Assembly (NCBI GenBank): GCA_963704865.1
Contig: CAVPIE010000002.1
Coordinates: forward strand, 395,415-459,414
Direction: 5' to 3'
Source: an uncultured delta proteobacterium
GTDB lineage: Bacteria; Myxococcota_A; Polyangia; Polyangiales; Houyiibacteriaceae
DNA: 64,000 nucleotides
A program made the translations under genes and the position numbers. Shown one piece after another: positions 22,424 to 32,456 of the stretch. Under the pieces are notes generated by a model, which had not been told where the DNA came from, searched no databases, and saw only the letters and a program-made list of their open reading frames with translations. Each line of letters starts with the position of its first letter. The stretch's first letter is position 1.

Positions 22424-22933
22424 ATGGCGAGACGATTTGGGTGGGCTGCTGTACTGATTGGGATCAGCGGCTGCCTGATACAGAACTTGAGCCCGGAAAC
22501 ACGTATGCGTGATTCGGTGATCGAGCTCAACGAGGGTGCCCGCTGGGGCCGCATGGACGTCGCGAGCGGACACGTCTCACCGCCGTTCCAGACCCAGTAC
22601 AAGCTCTCGCACATGCGATGGGGCCGCGACATTCAAATCGCGGACACCGAGATACTCGGCATGAACCCCGAAACCGATGACGAAGGCCAAGGCGCGTTTT
22701 CGAGGGTCGCGGTTCGTTGGTACGACGAGAGCACGATGGTCTTGGCGGACACCGTGATCCGGCAGACCTGGCAGAAGCACAAGCAGACCTTCGTATTGAC
22801 CAACGAATCGATCGAGAGCGGGCATCCCGGCCTGCTGTCGATTCCCGAAGGCCAGCAGCAGACCCAACCCGCTGCGGAGCCTGAACAATACGATTCGTTC
22901 GAGGACGACTCGCAGTGGAGCAGCGTCTACTGA
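22424..22933 (+). CDS. Hypothetical lipoprotein
   Basis: It has a signal peptide with lipobox LIGISGC. I recognised no domain. Confidence 0.55.
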   Translation: MARRFGWAAVLIGISGCLIQNLSPETRMRDSVIELNEGARWGRMDVASGHVSPPFQTQYKLSHMRWGRDIQIADTEILGMNPETDDEGQGAFSRVAVRWYDESTMVLADTVIRQTWQKHKQTFVLTNESIESGHPGLLSIPEGQQQTQPAAEPEQYDSFEDDSQWSSVY

Positions 22934-22934
22934 C

Positions 22935-23897
22935 TCAGCCGATACCGACTGCGCTGCGCACCCGCTGAATCGTCGCGTGTGCGATCTCGCGCGCTTGGTT
23001 GGCGCCCGCATGAAGGACCGCGTCGAGCTGCGCTTCGTCCGCGCGAATCGATAGGTATGCTTCCCGCTTGGGACCGATCTCCGCCTCGACGGCTTCGAAG
23101 AGCGCCTCTTTGGCATGGCCCCAGCCGTAGCCGCCCGCTTCGAGCTTCCGCTTCATCTCGGAAGCCTCGTCGGGCGCGACCAGCGCGTACAGCTCGTAGA
23201 CCGTCGAGCCCTCGGCGACCTTGGGATCCTCGAGGGACTCCGAGCTGGTCTTGATGCCCATGATGACCTTGCGAAGCTTCTTCGGAGGCTCGAAGAGCGG
23301 GATCCCGTTCCCTTTGCTCTTGCTCATCTTTTCGCCGTCGATGCCTGGGACGAGCGGGGCTTCGCCGATCAAGGCCTCAGGGACGACCAAGGTGCCCTCA
23401 CCATAGGCGTGATTGAGCCGCGTCGCGACGTCGCGCGTGAGCTCGAGGTGCTGTTTTTGGTCCTTGCCGATCGGGACGACGTCGGTGTCGTAGAGCAGGA
23501 TGTCGGCCGCCATGAGCACCGGGTAGTTGAAGATGCCAGCGTTGGGCGACTCCCCACGCGCCACGGCGTCTTTGAACGCATGACCCCGCTCGAGCTGACC
23601 CGTCGCGAGAAGACAGCTCAGGACCCAAGTGAGCTCGAAGACCTCGGGCACATCGGACTGCCGGTAGAGCAAGGTGCGTTTGGGGTCGAGCCCACAGGCC
23701 AGCCAGGTCGCAGCGACGTCTCGAACGTAACCGCGAAGCGCACCCGCGTCACGAACCGTGGTGAGCGCGTGATAGTCGGCGATGAAGTAGAGTGTCTGGT
23801 ACTGGTCGACCAGCGAGAGGGCGGGCCGAATCGCGCCCAAGTAGTTGCCCAAGTGCGGAAGGTGCGTGGGCTTGATGCCGGTGAGCGAGGTCTTCAC
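22935..23897 (-). CDS. trpS: Tryptophan--tRNA ligase
   Basis: [18 protein letters not shown] is the HIGH-type motif, and [10 protein letters not shown] is the KMSKS motif. The 320-aa length is typical of TrpRS. Confidence 0.9.
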   Translation of the reverse strand: MKTSLTGIKPTHLPHLGNYLGAIRPALSLVDQYQTLYFIADYHALTTVRDAGALRGYVRDVAATWLACGLDPKRTLLYRQSDVPEVFELTWVLSCLLATGQLERGHAFKDAVARGESPNAGIFNYPVLMAADILLYDTDVVPIGKDQKQHLELTRDVATRLNHAYGEGTLVVPEALIGEAPLVPGIDGEKMSKSKGNGIPLFEPPKKLRKVIMGIKTSSESLEDPKVAEGSTVYELYALVAPDEASEMKRKLEAGGYGWGHAKEALFEAVEAEIGPKREAYLSIRADEAQLDAVLHAGANQAREIAHATIQRVRSAVGIG

Positions 23898-23968
23898 GGG
23901 GCGAGAGACTGTCCCATGTGGACATGGGCGGCAACCGGGGTATCTTCGACCGTCCGAAGAGAGGAAGC

Positions 23969-24460
23969 ATGACCAGTCGTCCGTTCAAGGTTTTGGGAAT
24001 CCAACAGGTCGCCATGGGTGCGCCCGACAAGAGCGCGCTACGCCGGCTATGGGTGGACACCCTGGGTCTGACACCACACGGGAATTTCAAGAGCGAGAAG
24101 GAAAACGTCGACGAAGACATCGTAACCATGGGCGCAGGGCCATTTACGGTTGAAGTGGATCTGATGCAGCCGATCGACCCCGAGAAGAAGCCCCGGGTCG
24201 ACACGCCGCCCCTCAACCACATTGGTCTTTGGGTGGACGACATCGACGCAGCCGTGCAGTGGCTGGGCGATCGAGGCGTTCGATTCACCCCTGGAGGCGT
24301 TCGCCCGGGCGCCGCGGGCCATCGGGTCTGCTTCATTCATCCCAAGGGGAACGAAGCTGCGCCCATCGGCGGAGAGGGCGTGTTGATCGAGCTGGTCGAG
24401 GCTCCGGCCGATGTCCGGGAGGCGTTCGAGAAGGTCAGTCAGGCTTCCAAGCAAGCCTGA
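23969..24460 (+). CDS. VOC family protein (glyoxalase/dioxygenase fold)
   Basis: [23 protein letters not shown] and the ..[10 protein letters not shown] pattern are present. I chose ATG 23969 because it is preceded by GAGGAAG. Confidence 0.65.
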   Translation: MTSRPFKVLGIQQVAMGAPDKSALRRLWVDTLGLTPHGNFKSEKENVDEDIVTMGAGPFTVEVDLMQPIDPEKKPRVDTPPLNHIGLWVDDIDAAVQWLGDRGVRFTPGGVRPGAAGHRVCFIHPKGNEAAPIGGEGVLIELVEAPADVREAFEKVSQASKQA

Positions 24461-26768
24461 GCTCCGAAACCTGGATGTCCGATTTCTTCGGGCGGACGAT
24501 GACCTCTTCGAGCTCGGGCTCTTCCCGCTCCATCTCCGCGTCGAGGGCGCGGACCTCTTCTTCGGCCTCGGTCTCGAGCGCGCGGAGCTCGTCTTGGAGG
24601 TCTTGCAGGTCGTCTTCGGCGCGGCTCACGTCTTCACGCTCGCGTGCAACTCGGCCTGCGCCACGCGCCGCTGTGGTGGCGCGGCCCATACCTCGGCTTC
24701 CGAAGATCGCGCCCAAGACGGTGGCGCCCATCGAGATCCCAGTCTGCAGCTTTTGCTGATCGTACTGGCTCTTCTCGCGTTCGACCTTGTCCTCGGCCCG
24801 GCCGACGCGGGTCTCCATGCCCTTGACCTTCTTTGCGAATCGCTGCCGAAGCTTCTCGGCTGCCTCATCGCGCTTTTCGCGTCGCGCAAGCTGGAGCCTC
24901 GCCGAGAACTCCGCTTTGGTTTCCCCCGGTTTTGACTGGAGCTTCAACGCCTTGTTTCGCCAGAGAGTCCTGGGGCGGCTCTGATAGAGATGGTCCTTGA
25001 TCTGTTTGCCGTAACTATGGAAGCGAGCCTTGCCGACCGAGCCCGATGGCGGCGCGACGAAGTCGGCTTCGTCCGGCGCGTCGTGATCGTAGTCGAGCGC
25101 GTCCGTGTCAAAGAGCTCCGCCGATTCCCAAGGCGAGTCCTCGTCGAGCGGCGCGAGCATCAAGAGCTCTTCCCATTCGTCGAGACCCTGGGACGCCCGG
25201 GTATAGTGCAGAGAAACGGAGGCCAGCACGTGCGGGCGATATGTGCCCGGCTCATCGCTCAGGAACGCTTCGTCGATACCGGCTGCAACGACGGGTCGAG
25301 CCTCTTTGGCCGACACCCGTTGCTTTGACTTGGCCGCCCCAGCGGGGGCAGGCATGGTTCGGTCCGTTGGAGGACTCAGGAGCTTGATTTGCGTGCGTGT
25401 GAGCGGCCCGCGCAGATACGACATGGCCCAGCGCGTGTGGAACAAGATGTCCCTTTCTTCGTGCGCGTTGTGCAGCAAAAAGACGCGGCTGCGAAGGCCT
25501 GCCAACAAGCGTTCGATCTCGCCCCGGTCGAGCGAGCCCCCCGAAGACGACGAGGCGCCCTCGAGCCCGTCGACGACGCGTGCCACGTCGCGCTCGGTTT
25601 GAAGGCGCCCGAGAAACCAGGTCCCGCAATTCGAAAGGGCTTTGTAGTCGAGGTCGACCGGATTCTGGGTCGCGAGGACGATGCCGAACCCGTACGCCCG
25701 CGCCTGCTTGAGCAGCGTGAGCAGCGGCCGCTTCGACGGGGGCTCGGAGACGGGCGGCAGAAACCCGAAGACTTCATCCATGTAGAGGAGTGCGCGAAGG
25801 CTGGACGTACCGGACTGGCGGCGCACCCAGGACACGACCCGGTTGAGCAATGTGCTCACGAAGAACATGCGCTCGGCCTCGCTCAAGTGCGCGATGGAAA
25901 GAATCGCGATGCGGGGCTTGCCCTCGTCCGTCCATAGCAGTCGCTGAATGTCGAGCGGTTCGCCGTCTAGCCAGGTCGAAAAGCCAGGAGACGCCAGTAG
26001 CCCGTTCATCTGCATGGCAAGCTTCTGCCGGTCCGACGCCGAGTAGAAGGTCTCCAAATCCATGACGCCAATTCGATCGAACGGAGGCTCCGAGATCCGG
26101 CGGACGAGGTCGCCGAGCTGTAGTGACTCCCCATTGGACCAGGCATGCGATAGTAGATTGGACAGCAGGATGTGCTCCTTGCTGTTCACCGGGTCGGGGT
26201 TGATGCCGAGGAGTGCCAGAAGCCCAGAGACCGCCCCCATGATCTGGTCGCGCTGCTCGTCGACATCCGCGTCCTCGCTCGGCGGGTCGAACGACTCCAA
26301 GACGCGAAGTGCGCGGCCCGCAGAGCTCCCCGGCGTATAGATCGCGATGTCGACCGCGTCCCGAAAGCGCGCGATTCGCGCACCGTCCTGCCCCCATTTC
26401 GCAAGACCTTCTCGCCAGAGGCTGGACACCGATTCGGCCTGCTCGGCAACCGTGCGACCTTTTCGTTCGGCTTCGGCCGGGTCGATCCAGGGCTCGAAGT
26501 CGCTCGGGCGAAGCTCAGGGAACGTGAGCAACAGGTTTCCGAGGTCGCCCTTGGGATCAATGCAAAGCGCCGGGATCCCATCGATTGCGGCTTCTTCGAG
26601 GAGCGTCAGGCAGAGCCCGGTCTTGCCGCTTCCTGTCATGCCGACGCAGACGGCATGGGTGGTCAGGTCTTTCGAGTCGTATAGGACCGGCACTTCGCTT
26701 GGCTCGCCGCGCTCCGGGTCGAGCTCTCTGCCGAGATAGAGCTTACCGAGCTTCTCGAAGTCGATCAC
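24435..26768 (-). CDS. HerA/FtsK-like P-loop ATPase (DUF87-type) with a long charged coiled-coil tail
   Basis: Walker A is [10 protein letters not shown], followed by IDPKGDLGN. Walker B-like is [10 protein letters not shown]. The C-terminal ~140 aa are highly charged heptads that flank a Gly/Ala hydrophobic patch, [19 protein letters not shown]. Confidence 0.75.
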   Translation of the reverse strand: MIDFEKLGKLYLGRELDPERGEPSEVPVLYDSKDLTTHAVCVGMTGSGKTGLCLTLLEEAAIDGIPALCIDPKGDLGNLLLTFPELRPSDFEPWIDPAEAERKGRTVAEQAESVSSLWREGLAKWGQDGARIARFRDAVDIAIYTPGSSAGRALRVLESFDPPSEDADVDEQRDQIMGAVSGLLALLGINPDPVNSKEHILLSNLLSHAWSNGESLQLGDLVRRISEPPFDRIGVMDLETFYSASDRQKLAMQMNGLLASPGFSTWLDGEPLDIQRLLWTDEGKPRIAILSIAHLSEAERMFFVSTLLNRVVSWVRRQSGTSSLRALLYMDEVFGFLPPVSEPPSKRPLLTLLKQARAYGFGIVLATQNPVDLDYKALSNCGTWFLGRLQTERDVARVVDGLEGASSSSGGSLDRGEIERLLAGLRSRVFLLHNAHEERDILFHTRWAMSYLRGPLTRTQIKLLSPPTDRTMPAPAGAAKSKQRVSAKEARPVVAAGIDEAFLSDEPGTYRPHVLASVSLHYTRASQGLDEWEELLMLAPLDEDSPWESAELFDTDALDYDHDAPDEADFVAPPSGSVGKARFHSYGKQIKDHLYQSRPRTLWRNKALKLQSKPGETKAEFSARLQLARREKRDEAAEKLRQRFAKKVKGMETRVGRAEDKVEREKSQYDQQKLQTGISMGATVLGAIFGSRGMGRATTAARGAGRVAREREDVSRAEDDLQDLQDELRALETEAEEEVRALDAEMEREEPELEEVIVRPKKSDIQVSELRLAWKPD

Positions 26769-28882
26769 GGGGCCCGGGCTCCGGCTCGCTTCTCTTCGAG
26801 GAGCAGCTTCCGAGCCATTTCGAACTCGAAAAAGCTGACCATGTTCGTGTCGAGCACCTGTTGGAGCTGCTTTCGCGACCCCTGTTCGTCACCTTCGATG
26901 AAGAGGCGTGTGCCTTCGTAGTAGAGCGCTTCGGTCCGCTCTCCCAGGCTAGAAGCCACGCTCAAGAGGCCCGCATAGTCGAGCTCGCCGGCGCCGAAGC
27001 TCGCAAGCTTACCCCACCAGTTGGAGCCGCCCCCGAGGCTACGTAGAAGCTGGCGGTGTTCTTCCACCGGCGGCTTGCCGGCGCGAGCCGTGATGAACTG
27101 AATCCAAAGTGTGAAGTACACCTTCCACTCGGGCGCGAGGTTGAGATGCAGCTGAGACATTCGCCAGACGGACGACGCGAGCTCGACATCGACCGGCGCC
27201 GAGACGAGGTGAGCGAGGATGCCCGCGTAGACGTCCCGCCATTGCGGCGCGAAAGTCATCGCACTCTGGAACGCATCGACTGCGTCTTCGTGACGACCCA
27301 GTTGATCGAGCAGCACCCCGCGCCGCATTTCGACGATCGCGCCGGTCGCTCCTTCAACCTGGTCGCGAGCCTCCGTCCAGGCCTCGAGCGCAGCTTTGTA
27401 CTGAGATTTCATCTCGCCGATCTTGCCCTGAGCACGGGAGGTGTTGCCTAGGTTCTCCAAGATCTCGGCGCGGCGAACTTCGTCCGCAAGCGTTGCCGAA
27501 GGGCTGAGTGTGAAGGCTCGTCGGAATCGCTCTTCGGCTTCCGCGGGCCGGCCGGTTCGCTCGAGCAAAAGCCCGAGCTGCATCAATGCCTCGATGTTCT
27601 CATCCGCCGCGAGGCTCTTCTCGAAGCGTCGCTGTGCTTCGCTCGCGCGACCGGCGTTCATCTCCAACATGCCGATCAAGAACTCGAGCTGGTTGGGCGC
27701 GATGGGCGGCGTCGAGTCAGGCCATCGCTTCAGTCGTTCAGCCAAAATCGTTTCAGCGCCGCGGGCAAGCGCGCTCGAGCGTTCGGGGTGTGGGTCCGAG
27801 AGCCGGGTCTCGATGAACTCGTCGAGTTGGCCGAGCGCTTCGTCGTAGAGCTCGATCATCTCTGGCGCGAGGTCGATGGCGATCACGTACCAGGCGGTTG
27901 CATCCGCGAATTGCTCCGAATCCGCCGCGACCCGGGCCATGCAAGTCGGGAAACGGTGGTCTGTTGGGAAACGAATGAGTGCCGACTGGCATAGACCTGC
28001 GGCGACGTCCGGCCGCGCCACCCGGTAGCCTTCGACCAGCTCGAAGGTCGCCGCAGCGCCTTGCTCATCGGAGTTTTGGGCAGCGCGCAGCAGATCGAGC
28101 AGGCGAAGTTGAAGCTCGCCCCCCTGACCCATCGATTCGACTTTCGCGACGGCCGATTGGATGTCTCCGTGCGTAAGGTAGACCGCGGCGACGTTCAATG
28201 GCGCAAGCCGGAGCTGACGCTCGCCACCGATGCCAAGCCGCTGACGCGCTTCGGCGGACTCCCCCGCGACTGCATCGCGACCGGCAACGTGCAGATCGGC
28301 AAGCGTGTCGAGAACTTCACGCGCGGGGGTCAAGTCCGCATGATCGGTCCAGACCGAAATCAGGCCCGCGTATTGTTCGGAGACGGTATCGAGGTTCGAG
28401 CGCGCGTCACGTCCCCAGGCTGCGATCTCGTCGTAGCGTTTTTGGTAGATCTTGTCGCCGGTCGAACGCTCGAGGATGAAGTTGGCGGCGAGCACGTATC
28501 CCTCTTCGCCAAGCCGCCCTCCTCGCTCGGTGATGTACTTGGCGATCGGCTCGACCTGTTTCGGAAGAACGCCGGCCGAATAGTCGGACGGGCTCAGAAA
28601 CGACGTCAAGCGACTCATCTCGAGCACGACGCCTTCGTAGTCGCCGACGTCGGCAAGACTCTGCGCTTGGGAGAGTACCGATGCGATGAGGCGATCCCGG
28701 AGCTCGAGGCGCTCCGGCTCGTCGAGAGACATCATGAGAAAACGCCGCGTCTCGTCGGGATACTCGGCGCGCGCAATCGGCTCTGCGCCCTTCACCCGGG
28801 CGCTTCCACCGGTTGACCTCGTGTGCGCGCAGGCGACGCTGAGGCTCAGCAAGCCTAGAATGAACAGGAAGCGAATCCTCAT
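26765..28882 (-). CDS. TPR-repeat lipoprotein
   Basis: The signal peptide and lipobox read MRIRFLFILGLLSLSVAC. Multiple TPR-like helical repeats follow. There is an ATGA overlap (26765-26768) with the downstream ATPase gene. Confidence 0.7.
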   Translation of the reverse strand: MRIRFLFILGLLSLSVACAHTRSTGGSARVKGAEPIARAEYPDETRRFLMMSLDEPERLELRDRLIASVLSQAQSLADVGDYEGVVLEMSRLTSFLSPSDYSAGVLPKQVEPIAKYITERGGRLGEEGYVLAANFILERSTGDKIYQKRYDEIAAWGRDARSNLDTVSEQYAGLISVWTDHADLTPAREVLDTLADLHVAGRDAVAGESAEARQRLGIGGERQLRLAPLNVAAVYLTHGDIQSAVAKVESMGQGGELQLRLLDLLRAAQNSDEQGAAATFELVEGYRVARPDVAAGLCQSALIRFPTDHRFPTCMARVAADSEQFADATAWYVIAIDLAPEMIELYDEALGQLDEFIETRLSDPHPERSSALARGAETILAERLKRWPDSTPPIAPNQLEFLIGMLEMNAGRASEAQRRFEKSLAADENIEALMQLGLLLERTGRPAEAEERFRRAFTLSPSATLADEVRRAEILENLGNTSRAQGKIGEMKSQYKAALEAWTEARDQVEGATGAIVEMRRGVLLDQLGRHEDAVDAFQSAMTFAPQWRDVYAGILAHLVSAPVDVELASSVWRMSQLHLNLAPEWKVYFTLWIQFITARAGKPPVEEHRQLLRSLGGGSNWWGKLASFGAGELDYAGLLSVASSLGERTEALYYEGTRLFIEGDEQGSRKQLQQVLDTNMVSFFEFEMARKLLLEEKRAGARAP

Positions 28883-28972
28883 GCCGGTCCGCAGCTATAG
28901 CAGGGTCCGACGAACAGGGCAGGCTCATATCTTGGCCATCGGCCAGGGGTACGTGGCAGGCTACGCGTTGTC

Positions 28973-29803
28973 TTGGCTGGATATCTGAAAGCGTTGCTCA
29001 TCGCACTGGCGTTCCCCGCCCTGATTCAAGTGTTCATGGCCCTCGCAGGGTTCCTCCAGCTTCGAGCTTGGTCGGTGCCTTGGGCGGAGGCGACCCGGGC
29101 CGCGAGTCAGGCGCCGCTCAACTTGGCCCTGGTTCAGGCGGCCGCCGTCGGGGTCATCTTCATCGTCGCGTTTCCCCACCGAGGGCGCGAGGGCGGCCTA
29201 CTCGAATCGGTTCACGTTCGGCCGCTCGTCGGCTGGGTCGTAGCGCTGTGTTTCCTCGCCGGAGCGTTCTTGCAGCTGCCGCTCGCAGAGCTCGGGAACC
29301 TCGTTCAAGAGGTGTGGCCCCTCAGCTTCGAAGAGTTGTCGCGGCGGTATCGGCTACTCAATCCGACGAGCTGGTGGGCTGGGATGTCGATTCTGATCGC
29401 ACTCGTCATCGTGGCGCCGGTAACCGAAGAGCTTCTATTTCGAGGTTGGCTGCTTCCCGATCTGAAAGAGCAATACGGCAAAGTACCGGCATTGGTTTGG
29501 AGCTCGGTGCTCTTCGGCCTGGTTCACGTCGAACCTTCGGCCATTCTATACGCCACGGTCGGTGGCTTCGTGCTCGGTGCGGTCGCGCTGCGAACGAAGT
29601 CCAGTTTGGCGAGCATTGGGATGCATGCCGGTGTCAACGCCCTGCCCTTGTTGCTTCCCGTGAGCTTGCTTCGGGTCGAAGGCTTCAACACCTTGAGCCA
29701 GCACGTCGAGCACATCAGCTGGTGGCTCGTCCTGCTCGCGCTCGCCGGAGCAGCCGGGGCGCTCTCCATCGTCTGGTGGGCGACGGCTGACCAAAACCGT
29801 TGA
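28973..29803 (+). CDS. CPBP family intramembrane glutamic endopeptidase (CAAX protease-like)
   Basis: Motifs VTEELLFRGWLL and VLFGLVH sit within a polytopic membrane protein. The start is uncertain (TTG 28973). Confidence 0.8.
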   Translation: MAGYLKALLIALAFPALIQVFMALAGFLQLRAWSVPWAEATRAASQAPLNLALVQAAAVGVIFIVAFPHRGREGGLLESVHVRPLVGWVVALCFLAGAFLQLPLAELGNLVQEVWPLSFEELSRRYRLLNPTSWWAGMSILIALVIVAPVTEELLFRGWLLPDLKEQYGKVPALVWSSVLFGLVHVEPSAILYATVGGFVLGAVALRTKSSLASIGMHAGVNALPLLLPVSLLRVEGFNTLSQHVEHISWWLVLLALAGAAGALSIVWWATADQNR

Positions 29804-29821
29804 GCGGTTCGCCTTCGACGG

Positions 29822-31966
29822 CTAAATGCGCTCGACGTCGAGCACGCCTTTGACCTTTGCGACGCCTCGCATGATCTCGCGAAGTCTGTCGATGTCGCCG
29901 ACTCTGAAGTGGAACAGGTTCTCGGCGCGCCCGTCCTTGGACAGGCACGACGCTTCGCTGATGCTGACGCCGTTGGTCGAAAACACCGACGAGACCGATG
30001 CGAGGATTCCCGCACGATCGTCGGTCATGACACGCAGGGAGACCGGCAGGTCGACATCGACGTGGTCCGCCCAGCTCACCTGAACCCGACGCTCGGGGTC
30101 GAGCTCGAGAACGCGAGGGCAGCCTCTCCGATGCACCGAAACCCCGCGGCCGCGTGTGATCCAGCCCGTGACCGGATCCCCCGGCACGGGATTGCAGCAC
30201 TGGGCGAAACGCACGAGCATGTTGTCCATGCCCTGAATACGGATACCGGCTCCTTCGACGTCGCCGGAAACCCGCTGGACCGCCCGCTCGATGAAACCCG
30301 GTCGTAGGCTGTCACGCTCGCCGTCTTCGCTCGGCATCACCTCTTGCATCACGCTGGGGAGCGCGAGCTTTCCAATACCGATTCGGGCGTAGAGGTCATC
30401 TTCGGAACCCGCACGGAAACGCGAAAGCACTTCCTTGGCGCGCTTGCTCTTCAGGAATCGCGAAAGCGACATTGCGTTCTTTCGCATCTCCTTTTCGAGG
30501 AGCTCCTTGCCGAGCTTGACCGCGTGCTTGCGCTCCTCGGCCCGCAGGTAAAGGCGAATACGCGAGCGGGCACGGCTGGTGATGACGAACTCCAGCCAGT
30601 CCTTACTCGGGTGGTGGTTCTTGCTCGTGATGATTTCGATCACGTCACCGTTTTGCAGCTTGTGGCGCAATGGAACGATGGCGCCGTTGACCCGGGCGCC
30701 CGAACAGCGGTGCCCGACCTCGGAGTGAACCGCATAGGCGAAGTCGACCGGCGTCGCGCCGCGCGGGAATGTCATCACATCCCCCTTCGGCGTGAAGACG
30801 TAGACATCCTCTGGGAAGAGGTCGACCTTTACGCTCTCGTAGAACTCCTCGGGGTCGACGACTTCCTTTTGGAACTCCATCAGCTGACGAAGCCAAACGA
30901 ATCGTGCCGCGTCCTTGGGGTCGATGCCGCCGCCGTGCTCTTTGTACTGCCAGTGCGCGGCGATCCCATAGTCGGCCGTCCGGTGCATTTCGTGCGTGCG
31001 GATCTGGATTTCGACACGCCGATTGCCCGGGCCGATCACCGTCGTGTGCAGCGACTGATACATGTTCGACTTCGGTAACGCTACGTAGTCCTTGAAGCGG
31101 CCAGGAACGGGCGTCCACTCGGAGTGAATGACGCCGAGCGTGGCGTAGCAATCGGCAACGCTCTCGGTAATGACCCGGAACGCGACGAAATCGTGCACCT
31201 GCTCGAAACCAATCCCGCTCGACTTCATCTTGCGATGGAGCGAATAGAGATGCTTGCGGCGGCCGCTGACGTTCACGGAGAAGCCGCGATTGAGCAACAT
31301 CTTCTTCAGCTTGCTGGTGACCTCGCCGATGTAGCTGTCGGTGTTCTTCGCGACCGTGCGCACCTGCTCATCGAGGACGGCATAGGCCTCGGGCTCCAGA
31401 AACTTGAAGCTCAGGTCTTCGAGCTCTGCCTTGAGCCATTGGATGCCCAGGCGGCCGGCGAGCGGCGCGTAAATCTCGATCGTTTCGCGGGCGATGCGCT
31501 CTTGCGCGGGCGGCGACATGTGCTCGAGCGTCCTCATGTTGTCCAGGCGGTCGGCGAGCTTGACCAGGAGCACGCGGATGTCCCGCGCCATGGCGACGAG
31601 CATCTTTCGGAAGCTCTCGGCTTGACGATCTTCGCGCGAAGCGAAGTTCACCTTCCCGAGCTTGGTCACCCCATCGACGAGGAACGCAACCTCTTCACCG
31701 AACACCGTCTCGACTTCGGGCAAACTGACTTCGCAATCTTCGACGACGTCGTGCAGCAGGGCTGCGCAAACACTCGAAGCGTCGAGCCGCATGTCGGCGA
31801 TGATGTCGGCCACCGAGACCGGATGCAGGAAGTAGTCGTCACCGGATTTCCGCATCTGCCCGTCGTGCATGCGGGAGGCATAGACGTATGCCTTGTTGAT
31901 CAGATCGGTATCCGCTCGGGGATGGTATCCCTTCACCTTTTCAAGGATATTGGTAAGGCGGACCAT
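29822..31966 (-). CDS. relA: Bifunctional (p)ppGpp synthetase/hydrolase RelA/SpoT family
   Basis: The HD domain has HPVSVADI...LLHDVVEDC. The synthetase block has YQSLHTTVIG..VEIQIRT. The TGS region has VFTPKGDVMTFPRGATPVDFAYAVHSEVG. An ACT-like region lies at the C-terminus. Confidence 0.95.
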   Translation of the reverse strand: MVRLTNILEKVKGYHPRADTDLINKAYVYASRMHDGQMRKSGDDYFLHPVSVADIIADMRLDASSVCAALLHDVVEDCEVSLPEVETVFGEEVAFLVDGVTKLGKVNFASREDRQAESFRKMLVAMARDIRVLLVKLADRLDNMRTLEHMSPPAQERIARETIEIYAPLAGRLGIQWLKAELEDLSFKFLEPEAYAVLDEQVRTVAKNTDSYIGEVTSKLKKMLLNRGFSVNVSGRRKHLYSLHRKMKSSGIGFEQVHDFVAFRVITESVADCYATLGVIHSEWTPVPGRFKDYVALPKSNMYQSLHTTVIGPGNRRVEIQIRTHEMHRTADYGIAAHWQYKEHGGGIDPKDAARFVWLRQLMEFQKEVVDPEEFYESVKVDLFPEDVYVFTPKGDVMTFPRGATPVDFAYAVHSEVGHRCSGARVNGAIVPLRHKLQNGDVIEIITSKNHHPSKDWLEFVITSRARSRIRLYLRAEERKHAVKLGKELLEKEMRKNAMSLSRFLKSKRAKEVLSRFRAGSEDDLYARIGIGKLALPSVMQEVMPSEDGERDSLRPGFIERAVQRVSGDVEGAGIRIQGMDNMLVRFAQCCNPVPGDPVTGWITRGRGVSVHRRGCPRVLELDPERRVQVSWADHVDVDLPVSLRVMTDDRAGILASVSSVFSTNGVSISEASCLSKDGRAENLFHFRVGDIDRLREIMRGVAKVKGVLDVERI

Positions 31967-32060
31967 AATCGGGGACTAACAGGGGAACCTCAATTTAACA
32001 CCGTCTCCAATTGGTGCCAAGGTTGTGGCGCTTCTGCGGGTTTCGGATGAGTTGAGTGGC

Positions 32061-32456
32061 ATGTCGGGCTTGAGAACAATCATAGGGCCATCGTCCACCA
32101 AGCGAAGGATCGCGTTGCTGATCGCCGTCATTGGGCTGCTGGTGGTTGGGAATCACTTGGCGAGTATCTGGCCTCGGGATGTACAGATCGCCTACACGGT
32201 CGACCCCGATGTGACCGGGATCGCCGTGGACTACCTTCAGGAGGGAGACGCGGTCGCAAGCGTTCGATTCAAGCAGCCCGACCCGAAGAGCACCGACGTC
32301 CGGCACACGGTCCGGCTGCAGCCCGGCGACTATGAGGCCCGGATCATCCTCTATTCGTCCGACGGATCGGGGGTCGAGCACCAGCGGCGGCTCCGGGTCC
32401 CGGCGGCCGGCTTGAACCGATTTGATCTAAAAGAAGCGACCAAGCGGTCAGAATGA
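32061..32456 (+). CDS. Small membrane-anchored hypothetical protein
   Basis: A single TM helix (RIALLIAVIGLLVVG) is followed by a ~90-aa beta-rich domain. There is an ATGA overlap with the downstream GT39 gene. The start is ATG 32061 or 32025. Confidence 0.5.
   Translation: MSGLRTIIGPSSTKRRIALLIAVIGLLVVGNHLASIWPRDVQIAYTVDPDVTGIAVDYLQEGDAVASVRFKQPDPKSTDVRHTVRLQPGDYEARIILYSSDGSGVEHQRRLRVPAAGLNRFDLKEATKRSE

Noticed and set aside
19988-22573. An 861-aa minus-strand ORF, the second longest ORF in that region.
   Set aside because: It lies antisense to the 900-aa pseudo-receiver/TPR gene. Its translation is Arg/Pro/Gly-rich low complexity with no recognisable motif. This is the expected shadow ORF of a high-GC3 gene.
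31990-32024. TTGGTGCCAAGGTTG, seen as a possible sigma54 promoter upstream of the small membrane protein/GT39 operon.
   Set aside because: Both the -24 region (TGGTGC) and the -12 region (TTGTG) deviate from consensus at key positions, so this is not distinguishable from chance.
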